Below, piece after piece: positions 12,846 through 25,900 of a DNA stretch of 64,000 bases (position 1 is its first letter; each line of letters starts with the position of its first letter). Position numbers and translations under genes: made by a program. The notes beneath the pieces were generated by a model. It saw only the letters and a program-made list of their open reading frames with translations, had not been told where the DNA came from and ran no database searches. The stretch lies in contig CDROCS010001369.1 in assembly GCA_977020255.1 (NCBI GenBank), positions 248,001 to 312,000 on the forward strand. The letters are read 5' to 3'. The DNA is from Obrimoposthia wandeli. Taxonomy: Eukaryota.

Positions 12846-14689
12846 TATTTGTGAAATATACTTTTGATATGAATAAACTATCATTTATTTAACTTAATAA
12901 ATAACGATATCAGTTTAATATAGATCATCAAAATCGAACGTGCTGATTAGATTGCTATTAAAAGCGTTGTACATACAGGATATCGGTCGTATAAAATCAT
13001 ATATTTCTGCAATACCTTGGTAGCGGCTAGAGTCAAGACTATTTTACAAAGCCTATAAGTATTAGCCTAACCGACTTTATGTAAAGCCCCATGCAACATA
13101 AAAATATTTTTCGGCTTATTTATGATGATTTGTACACAACTTCACAGACGCCACAAAACAAACTTATCAGACAAGAGAATAAACAATCTAATAACCTTCA
13201 AAGAAACCCAATCGCTACAGAACTCACGATGAAGGCCTCCAGAAAAGGATTCTAAAAATATATTTAGGAAACCCAAACAGTTTTAGCACTGTTTTTGATA
13301 TCCTATAGACAAAGCTGAATAACTAGGACCATATTAACTGTGGTGACTTGAGACTAAAGCTAACTAGCATCGTGTTGGATGTGAAGCGATTGGCGTCCAA
13401 TCACCAGGCACAATGCTCGAATTAACTGAATTTCACATGAAAGTATATTATTTATTTAAACATAAATTCAATACATGTTTATTTTTTTGTAAATGTACTG
13501 CTGAAATCTTAAAATTTCTAAAGGGGCGCACAAAATTTAAATTCATTTTTAGAAGAGGAAATTAGATTAAAAGGGTTTAGAAACACTGATTTACAACATT
13601 TCATAACTTACATCGTAATTCCATCGATTGTTTAATTTATGTGAGAAATGACTAAAATGTATGGTCCTGGCTAAGGACATATTAAGGACAAATTTAAATT
13701 AATTTAAAAAAAGTTAAAATGGCTAAGAGCTATTAAACTCTAAAACCAAGGAAAAGGAGTTAATTAAACTCAGGTGACCTCTAAAAGCTATTAGTAAAAG
13801 AGTCACCTGAATTTCAAAGAGGAAGAATCTTTGTGACTGTAATAGTCACAACCAGCAATGACACAAAACGGCAACATTTTTAGAGTCAACTGATAAAAAT
13901 GTAGAAAGAAATAAACACGTAAAAGTTGCAGAATCACGATTGCTTATTCAGAGAAAGTGATATGAGACTAAGAAAAACGGTCACCTGAAACGTCGTGTGT
14001 GTTTTTAAAGTCAACAGCGAAATTTATGTGACTGACGTAGCCACTTGAGTAAGAAGCAGAGAATTACTGATATAGTTTGGGAATTGTAGTCAGCCACATC
14101 AAAGTAGCAAAGGACGCTTTCCTATTGGACGGAAATGACGACTATAAAATCGATTGGTTTCTGTTGAAGAACACAATTTAGTTGACTTTAGGAAATACAC
14201 AATCTGACAAATGCGAGAAATTTCGAAGAGACGAAACGAAAAGACTCAGTACAACCCAAACCGACAAACTCAACGTGAGATAAAATCATTTCATTTCAAA
14301 TAGAATCAATTTTATAAGTTAAATTAGGATCATTTTATAAAAGTTAAACTGTACATTGGAGTCATTTTTTACAATTTAAACTTTGAGTTATAACCATTTT
14401 GTAAAAGTTCAGATTTAAATTGGGATCATCTTGTTAGGATACGAAAAAATAAAGTAATACATTTAATAAGTTAGGGTTAGGAGTAGGTGGATGTGAAGGT
14501 TCCGGGCCAGTATCCCCCCTCAATACGTATGATGACATCATTTTACATATCATCAATGAAAATACCCCTCCCCCTGATGACTAGACATTAGTATGACAAG
14601 CATATCTTAGTTTACTTGTATTTACATTATTACATAATATCACTATTCAACTATTTAAACCTAATAAATTTAGAAATTTTCATAATCAC

Positions 14690-15290
14690 AATGGCACAAC
14701 TCCTCAATAAGAAGAACTTCAAGCTTTTTGAATGTTAAAAAAAATTGTCAAGAAGAAAAGAAGAGATCAAGAAGAGAAGGAACCTACAGATGAAGAAATA
14801 TGTCGAATGTATGATACCATTTGTCAGGATGAAGAGGTGCGGGAAATCATATATGGTCCACAAATCTCCAGTATGGAAACAATTATAATTTCAGATGATG
14901 AAGAAGAAACTATACCTACGAATATATTCGAAAGATCTACATTCAAGCAACTTTATAATGAATTCAGCATACCTGAATCTTACGGACTCTGGACAATCGA
15001 GCAGAAACATGGACATCTCGAAGAAAGCATTATTGATAAATGATCTAAATATAACTACATAGATTTCGAAGAAAGGGTTAAATAATGTCTAGATTGGAAT
15101 CATAGAGTCAAAAATGCATCAGAGGTTAAAGAAGACAATTCAACTATATTATATAATAACCTTTTACGAGAGCTAGATGAAGAATATGGCCCTCTATCCA
15201 CAAAGCAGAAAACATTCATGGAGAATAGTGAGGAATCCTCATATGAAAACTTTGCCAATAAATTTATAAAATTCGAACTGATAATTTTTT
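14690..15290 (+). pseudogene. Unknown acidic ORF of the Polinton-like element, convergent with PolB
   Basis: ORF 14732-15043 continues in frame past stops to ~15290. No motif recognised. Confidence 0.35.
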
Positions 15291-15677
15291 TTATTTTAAT
15301 AATTTTTTAAACTATATTATTTAAACTAAATATTTAAACTATATTATTATTGCAGAACAACTATGACTACTATACTCCATAGCTCATTCGGGATTACGGG
15401 TGACCAAACAAGGAGCAACTAAAGGAGCTGAAAGTGGATGATCTAGATCATGATTATATAGAAGCTAGCATGCTTAATTGTGTAAAAAATATTATTTTTT
15501 CATTATTACGAGTTCTTTTTTTAAACATATGAAATAAACTTATAAGATAATGTAAGATAAAGTAAAAAAAAAAAAAATCTAATATATAAAAAATAATAAG
15601 ACATTCAAATACAATCATTTATTAGGTAAATCACATTATAAATCTCGTATGTACACTACAACAACAACAAAATTTAA

Positions 15678-18600
15678 TCATAAAAAAGAATAATGACCAT
15701 ATGCTTTTGATTCATTTATGCTTATCCATTTCCGCTTATCATCACTTGAACTAAAGGCTACTTGGTTATTTACAATAGTGAAAATCTGATTATTTATGCT
15801 TTTAAAGTTTTCTTGTTCTACTTTTAATATTTCACTACTATTAAAAGTATTTACATAGGCAGAATGAGGAAATTTAGTATTTTTCGATATTCCTTTCGCT
15901 TTATGATTTTCTATACCATTATTAAATGTCAAGCAGTATAATTTAGGTCTCAAAAACACCCATTCTTTATATTTACAAGCTTCACTTTCATCCTTAAATG
16001 TACCTACCATACTATTCAACAAATTGTTATATAAAGGATGACTATCTGGATAATTTGATGTATCCAACAAACCATCAGAGATCATTTTAGGTAGCAATTG
16101 ATTATCTAAGTTAACACCAACACATTCCAGAAAAATGAGTCAGTATCACCAGTTACTATTTTAATACTACAATTAAACATTTTTCGATATCTCTCCAGCT
16201 CTTCATATTGCAGCTGATACATTTGTAATTTAGATAAAACTAGAATTGCCTGTCCTATACAGATTGGTCTATCAAGAGAAACCATTTCCTTATTCATTAA
16301 ACAACCAAATCATCAGCTCCAAACTCGAGATTTCTTGAATTTAAGTTTATAAAAATTATTCTCAAAATATTTTTTTGATTTAACAGTCTCTGATTGTTTA
16401 TCCATATTATAGTCTATATATTTCTTAAATCTCTAGCTTGTTTAGACTGAATAGCCCGATGTACACAAACGACTTTTACTCCAAGAGAAGCATAAAAACG
16501 AAGGAGACACAAATGAATAATATAATTCCTCTTTGGTTCGTGAGTAAGGAGTCATTTTTCTACTTTACTATTTGGTGGACCCTGTTTAACTGGAGCTATA
16601 GGTAAATCATCCAACTTATATTGAATATCTGCAGGTATATCCATATCTACTTCCAATACATAACCATATTCATCATTCACATCCTCCTCATCGATCTCAA
16701 ATAACAAGCACATAAGATCGTATTCATCATCAATCCATTTGAAGTTACTATATGGTAGTGGTTGTGAAAGAGCCCATCCATATAAGTTATTTACATCTAT
16801 GTACAATAAATCCACATTTTCAGAAGACTCCACATGATGCTTATTTACAAATGTTATACCACACGAATACCATTCTCAAAAAATCTATACATTTCAGGAT
16901 CTTTCAACAATTCTACATCATACTCCAATATTTTTAAAGCACTAGTCCATGATAAACTGGGGGTAGAAAAGAAATGAGCTGGATTTAAACCATCTTCTTC
17001 TAATTCCTTTCGTCTAAATGCTTCAAAAACATCGGCAAGCAGATATACATCCAACTTTAAATATACTAGCATGTAATCACTCAAAGTTTTCCAATTTAAC
17101 ACATCAAACAATTTAGTATCTAAATCAGTTACAGGAGGTAAAATACCATTCAAAATGTTTTCTGATGTAGCATAGTTATATGGAAATATTCTTTTTGATT
17201 TTATTTGACTATTTGGAAATTCTTGACTCGTTAAAGGTTGATTAGGTATCATCTTAACTAAACGAGCCAAGCTATCACTCATAATTTGATGAATCAATAA
17301 ATCGAAAAATACCGAATTTTGTTCTTACTATAAGAGTCATAAACTTCTCTGTTGATAGTGGTATACATGATATATTCCATGAGCTAAATTTAGATATGGC
17401 ATGTTTCATAATATGATGCATATCATACCCTTCAAATTATGGAATAATACTGGTAAAGTTGGAATTTCGCTAATTATACAAGAGAGATTACATTTGTTAC
17501 ATGCAGATCCTAAATATCTACCAGTTATATGTTCATGACCACGAACAGGTTTTTCATTAACCTTTTTACACAAATAACACGTTTTTGAGGTATTATATGC
17601 ACGCCAATCGGCATTAGTCATTTGTATATTTCTATGAGCATTAGCATCAAACCAAGGTTTTACGTTTTACTCTAGCAGATCTTATAATTTTTGCAGAAAA
17701 TCTTGTATACATGTTTTACCTACAAATTGATAATAATTATCAATAGTTGGTGTTTTAAACAAAAGACCTGCTGCGGATGGTAAATTAATATGCTTATGTA
17801 TATGATGCGGTGCTAACAATGATTCAAAATCTGCATATACTAAAACTTTGCAGCAATAGTTTTTGATAAATCATCAAACTTTGCAAAACGTTTTTCAGGC
17901 ATTTTGTAAAGTGATTCTCCTTGTTTGCTTAATGAACATAATTGAATATGTTTATCATATGCATTCTGCATCCTAAAACCATGCAAACATTTAGAGCACC
18001 ACTTACTCTGAATTCGTATTGGAATGCTATCACAATCAATATTTAATAAACGATCTAAGTTTACCACTCCAAAATAATGAAATGTTCTATCATTTTCTAT
18101 CAGTAGCACATTGATGGTTTCATCAGATGGATTACTAGTTTTATATATAATATCAACAAAGGGATGTTTAAAAATATTTTCATCATTATATTGAAAACCA
18201 TTGTCTATTATAACTAAAAACATTTATCGAAAGTTTGTTTTGGTTTTCGAATGTAGGCAAACCTATAAGTTTCATTGGCATCTGATTAGGATCATACTTA
18301 AAGTTTTTCAAATATGGAATATAATGTGAAACACGATAACGATGGTCAATTATTTTATTACGTATTTGAACTGTGAGAATCGCATACAAAAAACATAATG
18401 AATCATAGTTTTGTACATTTACAACTGCTTTTGTTTGAGATAGTGCAAGAGGAATAGGTATATAACTACTACCACTCAGATACGTTACATCAGAATATTT
18501 TGTTAAGGTAAAATTTATTTGTAATATACGCAGCACTCGTACTCAATTCACTATAGTTGGCAATTTTCTCATCTAACGTTTGATATATATCATTCAAACT

Positions 18601-19199
18601 ATCAGCATTATACTCAATGGCTTTATGCGAAAGATACCATTGTTTCATTTCGCCATAATCCTTTGTAAATAAAACAAGCGCTACATATTGTAATTTAGCT
18701 TTACGCATCCTATCAACAACATTCTCAATTTCCTGTTTAATACTATCAGGAACAAATAATTTAGTTACATCATCAATAAAACCATGTGTGATTACAATAT
18801 GACTATTATTTAAATCACTCCTTTCTCCAAAACCAACCGGATGTACGTCTTTAGTAGGCATATTAGTGATAGATTTATTTTACGTTTAAGTGACGGCTTA
18901 CCAATCGGAGCATATGAACATTTTTTTCTTTTAAAATGACATAAATGATTCTTATGAAGCTCATAAAAAGTTTCATAATTATCAATCGAACATATATTAC
19001 AATTAGGACATACATAGTAATTAATACCATTATGTGTAAGTCTATAATATGGTTTCATGATAACATGACAATTATTATGAGTTACATTTAAACGATAAAA
19101 TGGGTATGGTTTACATAAAACAAAAGGACCCGACTGTTCTGATGAATGCTGTAATGGTAACTGTGATGATGTAGATTGTTGTTTCATTGGTTGATCCAT
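15678..19199 (-). pseudogene. Protein-primed family-B DNA polymerase (Polinton-type), fragmented
   Basis: Consecutive minus-strand ORFs give GSSYIPIP..KAVVNVQN.DSLCFLYAI, CSKCLHGF..YDKHIQLC, GHEHITGRYLGSACNKCNL (EndoVII-like), VLFHNLKG, YLKLDVYLLADVFEAFR, YIDVNNLYGWALSQPLP (motif A), FENNFYKL (start of motif B, remainder apparently deleted), TGDTDSF (motif C), FLRPKLY, KAKGI, DDKR. Confidence 0.92.
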
Positions 19200-19251
19200 C
19201 TGAATATATACATATAAGATATTGATTACAATCTATTTTTTGTTAATCACG

Positions 19252-19683
19252 ATTACCAATATCAATTATAAATGAACTGTTTTACAAGATGTTTCTCATC
19301 TAAAGTTTATATGGAAACGTAAACAACATATAATCAAAACTATGGATTATACTATTATGATATTCAAGACTGGTAGATGCAGAATTATGGGATGCAAGAC
19401 ACCATTATTATTTATAACAACACCATTGAAGATTAGTATTGATAAAATTCAATATATTACAATAACTACAAATCTTAGAAAATCAATAAATTTACATAAG
19501 CTATCACGTAAACTAGCATGTATGTATGGACCAAAATTTTTTCCAGCTCTTCGGTTGAATAAGTTTGACCCATTATCTGTAAATATTTTCTCTACTTTAA
19601 AGATCATCATTTTAGTTTTCAAATCATTAATTTCAGTGATTGCTTATATAGTAGCATATATTATATATTATCTTTCATCATGA
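19252..19683 (+). pseudogene. Divergent TATA-binding-protein-like ORF
   Basis: One frame reads ITNINYK*..TIMIFKTGRCRIMGCK..IQYITITTNLRKSINLHKL..MYGPKFFPALRL..PLSVNIFSTLKIII. This matches both TBP repeats (LIFxSGKxVxTG; IQNIV...INLxxL..YEPExFPGL..LIFxSGK). One stop at 19273-19275. Confidence 0.72.
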
Positions 19684-21879
19684 TGTAATACTTTTTGAAA
19701 CAAGGTATGTCCCGATGTTTCACATAGGTTTGTTTTAATAATATATTAATATCATCAGGTATGTGTTAACCTTTACATAGTTATGTTCTCAGTTATGAAT
19801 GAAAGATAAAAGTTATGTATATCAAGCTTCAGAATCATCTATGATATTATTATTCATTGTTTGAAGGGTTGGATCGCATATATTTAATGACGAAGAATCT
19901 CTGATGTTTCGTTTATCATTGTTATGTATTATATTTATTGATAAGTGAATAGTCAGGATCTACACGGTTAAATAATCTCATGAAAAATATTAAAGTTATA
20001 TGCTGTTTATTTTAATATGATTTAATAAAAATGTTTTTTTATGATTTCAAAACTTAACATTTCGTAGAACTTTGTTTTAAATAACAGATTAGATAAAGAT
20101 AAAGGATATTAAATGTAATATTTCTGAATTTAAAATTAATACCAAAATCAATTAGTACAAATAGAAATACGTATTTAAGCAATATGTTATTGATAAAAAT
20201 GTCTAAAAAGCTAACAAATATCTCAGGATGATGAAGAAAACATATTACTCTTATTTAGAGCTTCAAAAAGTTTAGAATACCTCCTATTAAAAATATATTG
20301 GAAAAATTATATATTCAGTTGCCATTTCGCATTCCAAGACAAATACTTAGACAAAGGGCATTTGAAAACGTTTTTATTCATAGTCTTATGTTCAACAATA
20401 GTTTCAAAAAGTAAACAGAGTTAAGTGCTTTTTATAGCAATTATCAGCTAGACGGTAGCGCTATATTAAATGATATATATTTATGTTTAATTTGAAGCAT
20501 CACTAAAATTTCATGAAAAATTGTGTTTTAAAACCGAAAACTTGTTTAAAATAATTATTATGTTAACTTAAGTAAATTAATTTTTTTCATTACTAAAAAA
20601 TTTAATATTTTTGCGTGACCAATGGTGTTTGGCTAATAAAGTAAATCAAATGGTTGAATAAAAGATAAAAATTAAAATAAGAAAATCATAGTTAAACATT
20701 TTTAATTACCCAAATAATATAATATCAGAGTAATAAAATTTCATATTTTAAATAATTCATATAGTCAGAAGCAGAAAATATTTTAAGATTAAAACTATTA
20801 TTAAACCAGTAGTTTCATACTAGAAATGCACACGAAACTTTTGTTTGCATCGGTCAGAAACATTTCATTACAAGCTGTAGTCAGTTGTTCGAGCGATATG
20901 ACAGTTGCAAGTAGTGTCATGTAGTGATAGAGCTGGTGTTTGCAGTCATTATAAACCAAGAACGATGATCGTGAGTAATTGACCAAGTCTGAGCAACACA
21001 ATCGAGATTGAGATGATTGACGTTTAAGTAATCGGGGGGTGGGTACTGGCCCGGAACCCTCACATCCACTTACTATTAGGTTATTTATACAAAGTTTACC
21101 TTATTTTGGTTTTATTAAAATAGAAGAGAAATTAATTAAGAACGATGATCGTGAGTAATTGACCAAGTCTGAGCAACATAATCGAGATTGAGATGATTGA
21201 CGTTATCGTTATTAAGTACTGAACCCTCACTGTTAGGTTATTTATACTAAGTTTACCTAACTTTGGTTTTATTAAAATAGAAGAGAAATTGATAATTAAA
21301 AAAAAAGTAAATTAAAAATATTTATATGACAAAGTTAATGTAGGCCTCATAATAGTAATGCACACAAAACTTTTGTTTGCATCGGTCAGAAAAAACAGCG
21401 ATCAGCCACGAGAGTCGCAGAACAGCGCTACAGAACCTAAATCAATATCACAAGTGGATCGTGAAGAGGAGTCGAGAGTATTCCAGTAGAGGTCAAATCC
21501 AAGTATAAAAGTAATTATATAGGGACTAATTGTACACAATTTTCAAGAGGCTCATGAGGAAATCCAGTTCATCGGATTAGACGTTAGGAAGAGGAACCAA
21601 ATTGAAAAGAATCAGTGAAATTGTTTTTGGATCAAGATAAGTTTGGCACATCTCCGAAGGAACTAATTAAAGTATTATTCGACCAAGAGTATAATTTGAC
21701 AAAGCGCCAAAAAGCATTAATTAGAATTTGGTGAGTGAATTACAAAATAAAATGTATCACTTTGTAATTGTAATAATCGACAAATAAGAAGAAATATTAA
21801 TAAAATTTATAATTATGTGCCTGTAATAATATACCATTAAGAAGTAATATTAATAAAACGGATACTACTGTACTTTGAT

Positions 21880-22976
21880 TGTAACAAGAAAAGCCATTAT
21901 GAGTAGACAAATCCATTTCATGTAAAAGCCCTATCTAGTAAACTCGAGTAAAATCCATTAGGAGCAGACAAAGTCATCTCAAGACAAATGCATCTCAAGA
22001 AAAATCCATTAGGAGCTTGAGGCCTTCATTAGAAGCAGACAGCAGTTCCTAGATCAGTTGCTTTATAAGAAATAGGATTAACTATTTCGCACCGCAGACA
22101 TTTTGAGCAAGCAAATCGGAGTGATCTATTTCCAACCAAATCTGAGCAAATACTTCTGAGACCACATAATCTTAGCGAATACTTCGGACCACGAAATCTG
22201 ATCGGCGACGATCGGCATCAACTAGAAAACCGAGGAGCGATAAAGGTGTTTTGATATTTTGTATAACAGCTGAAATAATATCCGTTGAATTGCCTATTTT
22301 GTTAATATCGAAACGTGAATTGCATATTTAATATCAAAAAGTGAATTGCCTATTTTGTTAATATCGAAAAGTGAATTGCATATTTCATATCGAAAAGTGA
22401 ATTAACCATTTTATTAATTTCGAAAAGTGAATTGCGTACTTATTTAATATCAAAAAGTAAACTGCGTATTTAATATCGGATAGCGAATTAAACGTGTATT
22501 TATTTAACATTGGGAAGAACCTAGTTTTAAAAGAACCGAATTAACCCTGTATTTAATTTTGAATTGGTAAGAACGTAGATGAATTAAGCAAGAAGACGCA
22601 TAACGTGTTGTCGAAAGAAACAACGTAAATTAGTCAGTTAGGGGATTGCAAGTGCAGGGAATATACTCACAAACTGGTCATCCCAGTTTTCGGTGCATTA
22701 GGAGTGATTTCATTGTGTTCGACGTCCTACTCATAAATTGTTAAACCATTTTTTTAATAGTGTTATAATAATATAGTGTTTCCTACAAATCGAGTGGAGT
22801 CATTTCGGTTATCCACCGTATAGAAACAGAACAATGATTCCCTCTACACACCACACTACATTAGCAGAATCCTTTTAGTAACTTGTGAACACAACTCTTT
22901 TAGCACAAAACCTTCAGACTTGAGACTAAGTTAAGTAAGAAAAAACCTAAATAGGCCACATCCATCTGTAAACCCT
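21880..22976 (+). mobile_element. Truncated LTR-like segment related to the 22997-30712 LTR (5' boundary uncertain)
   Basis: 22880-22976 is similar to 30540-30637 (ccttcagacttgagactaa...taggccacatccatctgtaa). It contains its own ~26-30-bp array (gtgaattgcctattttgttaatatcgaaaa, 22285-22500). Confidence 0.55.
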
Positions 22977-22996
22977 AAAAAAAAGGTGTGAACAGG

Positions 22997-25900
22997 TGTT
23001 AAAATTAGGAAAAATAAAATTCTAACTATTTATATTGAAGATTCTACCTTATAATCAAGGTTAAAAAAATTTAATATTAAAAATAAAACGATTTTAGAAA
23101 ACAAAAATTGAATGAATTGGGACCTTGATAGGTCATGAGAAAAAGTATAAAAGAAAGTTAAAACCGCAAATTAGGGCACTCAAAAAATCTGTGTATAGAA
23201 CCCAAAAAGCTTAGAAGTTTTGAATAACAATCTAGAGATCTAAATTAAGAAGACAGAAAATTAAAGTTAATCCAGTAGGAACAATACCATCAGTGGAAGA
23301 TTCATTTGGAGAATTCATTATCGCCGAGAAAATTAACAGCTGTAGGCTAGGAAAACACCATTAGTTGTAGTAAGGAACAACTAATCGAGTCGGAAAATCT
23401 ATTATCGGCATCGGCAGCAAATAATCCGAGCCATTACCGACATCCGCCAATTTCCACAGTGCAAGAATTAAAGTAGTGGGTAAGTACTATAAATAAGAAT
23501 CAGAATTGATTCCCCGTTTACACTCACATAACTACAAGAGGCGACAGCAGAATAGATTCGATAAATCAGAATCGAACAAAAAGATAAAGAGCGAGTTCAA
23601 GGACGATTGAAGACGAATCTAATAACGCTCGGAGGACATCGTGGAACGCCACTCTCGGAATACCTTGAAGGACGACGCTCTCGGAAAGTGGAACTGCGCC
23701 ATCTTGAGAAGAGATCGACATAGAACTGGTGAGGAGAGTATTTAGTAGATAGTCTCATAATGCTTACAAAGTGTGAATTATCGTAAAGTATTGAAGTGTA
23801 ATATTGTGAATTATCGTTAAGTATTGAAGTATAACTTTTACTCTATTTTATTTATGAATCACAATTCATTCTACTTTCAATCTATGTGTACTAGGCATCC
23901 TCTTGGTGCTAAGTGTTGTTTGGATTCATCCAACTGCCCATGCTGTGGGCCTGCTAATGGAAACGGAAAATTTCGTTTTCCAGATTCGAGTCACTGGCGT
24001 CATCCTTTTCCTGAGTGTCTTGGGTGGCTTCCATGACAGTTCTCGGTGCTACGGCGGGTCAATTTCTTCCAAAAACGACCACTGTCCCTGCAGCGCACTT
24101 CTGCGCTTCAATAACATGGCCAGGAACTCTGTAGCTACACAGACTGACTTCGATGTAAGGACTATTGGGCCCACAACCACAAGAGAACTACAACTCTCTC
24201 CTGCTCAGCGGTCTAAATTTTCACAGACCCATTCTCAGCTTTCGAAAGCGGTCAAAATACAAAACTCTCGGCCTCGAAGAAAGAAGGACCCAGCATCAGC
24301 GGTCAAAAAACTCACAACATCTAACGATGAAGCTATAAATAAGAAGGTTTCAGACTCTTAGCCTAGAAGAAAGAAGGACCAAGACCCAACCCCAGCGGTC
24401 AAAAAACAAACATACGACAAATAAGCCAGAAGTAAGAAGGATCAAGAAAGAAGTATCAAGGTTAACAACATCTCTAACCCAAAATCCAGCAAAGAAGATA
24501 GAAGCTACAAGACCCAGACTCCGGAACAAGAATCAAGAAGCTCAAATGCATCAGTCGATCTCATCAAGGACGCCATCTCTCTCCACCGACAAGCTTATGG
24601 ATGTGGAGACGCCAATGCTGCTGCTGAGGAAACTGCGCTCCGGATCGTGAAGGCCGTACACCGGTTCATTCCGGCTCCTGGACGCCGCCGAGACTCCGGA
24701 GCAGACGAGGCCCTCCGCCGGCGGGATCTGCGGGGCAACCTTGTGGCCAACCAATCTGGTGATTCTTTTAAGGGAACCAGGGGGCCTTGTTAGTAGGCAC
24801 CAGCATAGGGGGTGGCTCAGAGTAAGCACCTGACCACCCCATCTGGCCTCCGGGAAGAGAGTAGGCTGGCTATATGTAGGAATAGATATAGGCCTACTCT
24901 GCTTTTACTCAGCAACCCCTCACTTGAAGTTGCTACCACTGTGGCCCCCTCTCATCCTGTAGGTAGTTATGGTCACAGTCGTATTATAAGGAGGTCTGTC
25001 AGTGATTCTGGTAATCTAACTACACTACCGCACAGCCAGGCTGTGTTAGGCCACACCACACCAAATAGGAACACACCTTCACATTCACCAACACAGGCCC
25101 TTGCCACCACCTCACCTTTGCACTTTTCACCACTTGTTTTACCTTCACTTGATGAGGGAAACTTTGCCATCACACACTTTCAGTCTCAACATTTCCACAC
25201 TTTACATGGCACTTCATCCACACCTCACACCTTCTCACAACATGTTCTACCTTCACTTGATACCACTTAACATACCATACCTTTCACCTCTCTCTGTTTT
25301 GACACCTGTTTCTCACTTGCCACACCATGACCAAACTTCTTCTTCTTCTGATTGTGTTATGGCTGATATTCTTGTTTCTCCTCTTCACAATTCACATCTT
25401 TCGCCTGTTCTGACACCTGAATTTTTTCACTCACCTCAACACTATGACGCCTCTAATTCTCCAACTGAAATCTCTTTCGACTGCTTTATGGCCGATAACC
25501 TTAATTCTCCTCAGTTGCCATCTCGGCCACTATCTAAATCTTCCAGAAAACTTAAGGTCTTACAACATAAACACCCAAAGCGCCTCTGCATCACGACACC
25601 CTCTCTTATCACACTCTCACAAACGGTTCTTCCCACACACAATCTCACTCTCACTGTTGCCCCTCTTCTCTCCATGGACACATGTACTTTCACTCAAACT
25701 TTGACCACTTCCACAACTTCATCTCCTACTTGTTGCATTCCTCCCAGAACTACAACCACATCATCATCTCAAGTACTTGTCACATCGCCAACTTCCGTTT
25801 CATCTCATCAACCTTTTTCTCTTGCTTCATATGTTCAAGCACTTGCTTTGGAATCCTCACATTTCTCATCCCACTTGAATTCTAGTCCATCATCTCCCTC

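Larger units (their letters stand above)
14482..21074. mobile_element. Polinton/Maverick-like TIR element (6.6 kb) with pPolB and TBP-like ORF
   Basis: 31-bp TIRs starting AGTA(G/A)GTGGATGTG (29/31 match; 14482-14512 and 21044-21074). 6-bp TSD GTTAGG/ATTAGG. Encloses protein-primed PolB. Confidence 0.85.

Noticed and set aside
12900-14470. LTR-like sequence with CCAAT/TATA-like motifs and short repeats
   Set aside because: No second copy, termini or PBS found to define it.
14471-14481. TTAGGGTTAGG at the Polinton target site (telomere-like targeting)
   Set aside because: Under two repeat units; a single site cannot be distinguished from chance.
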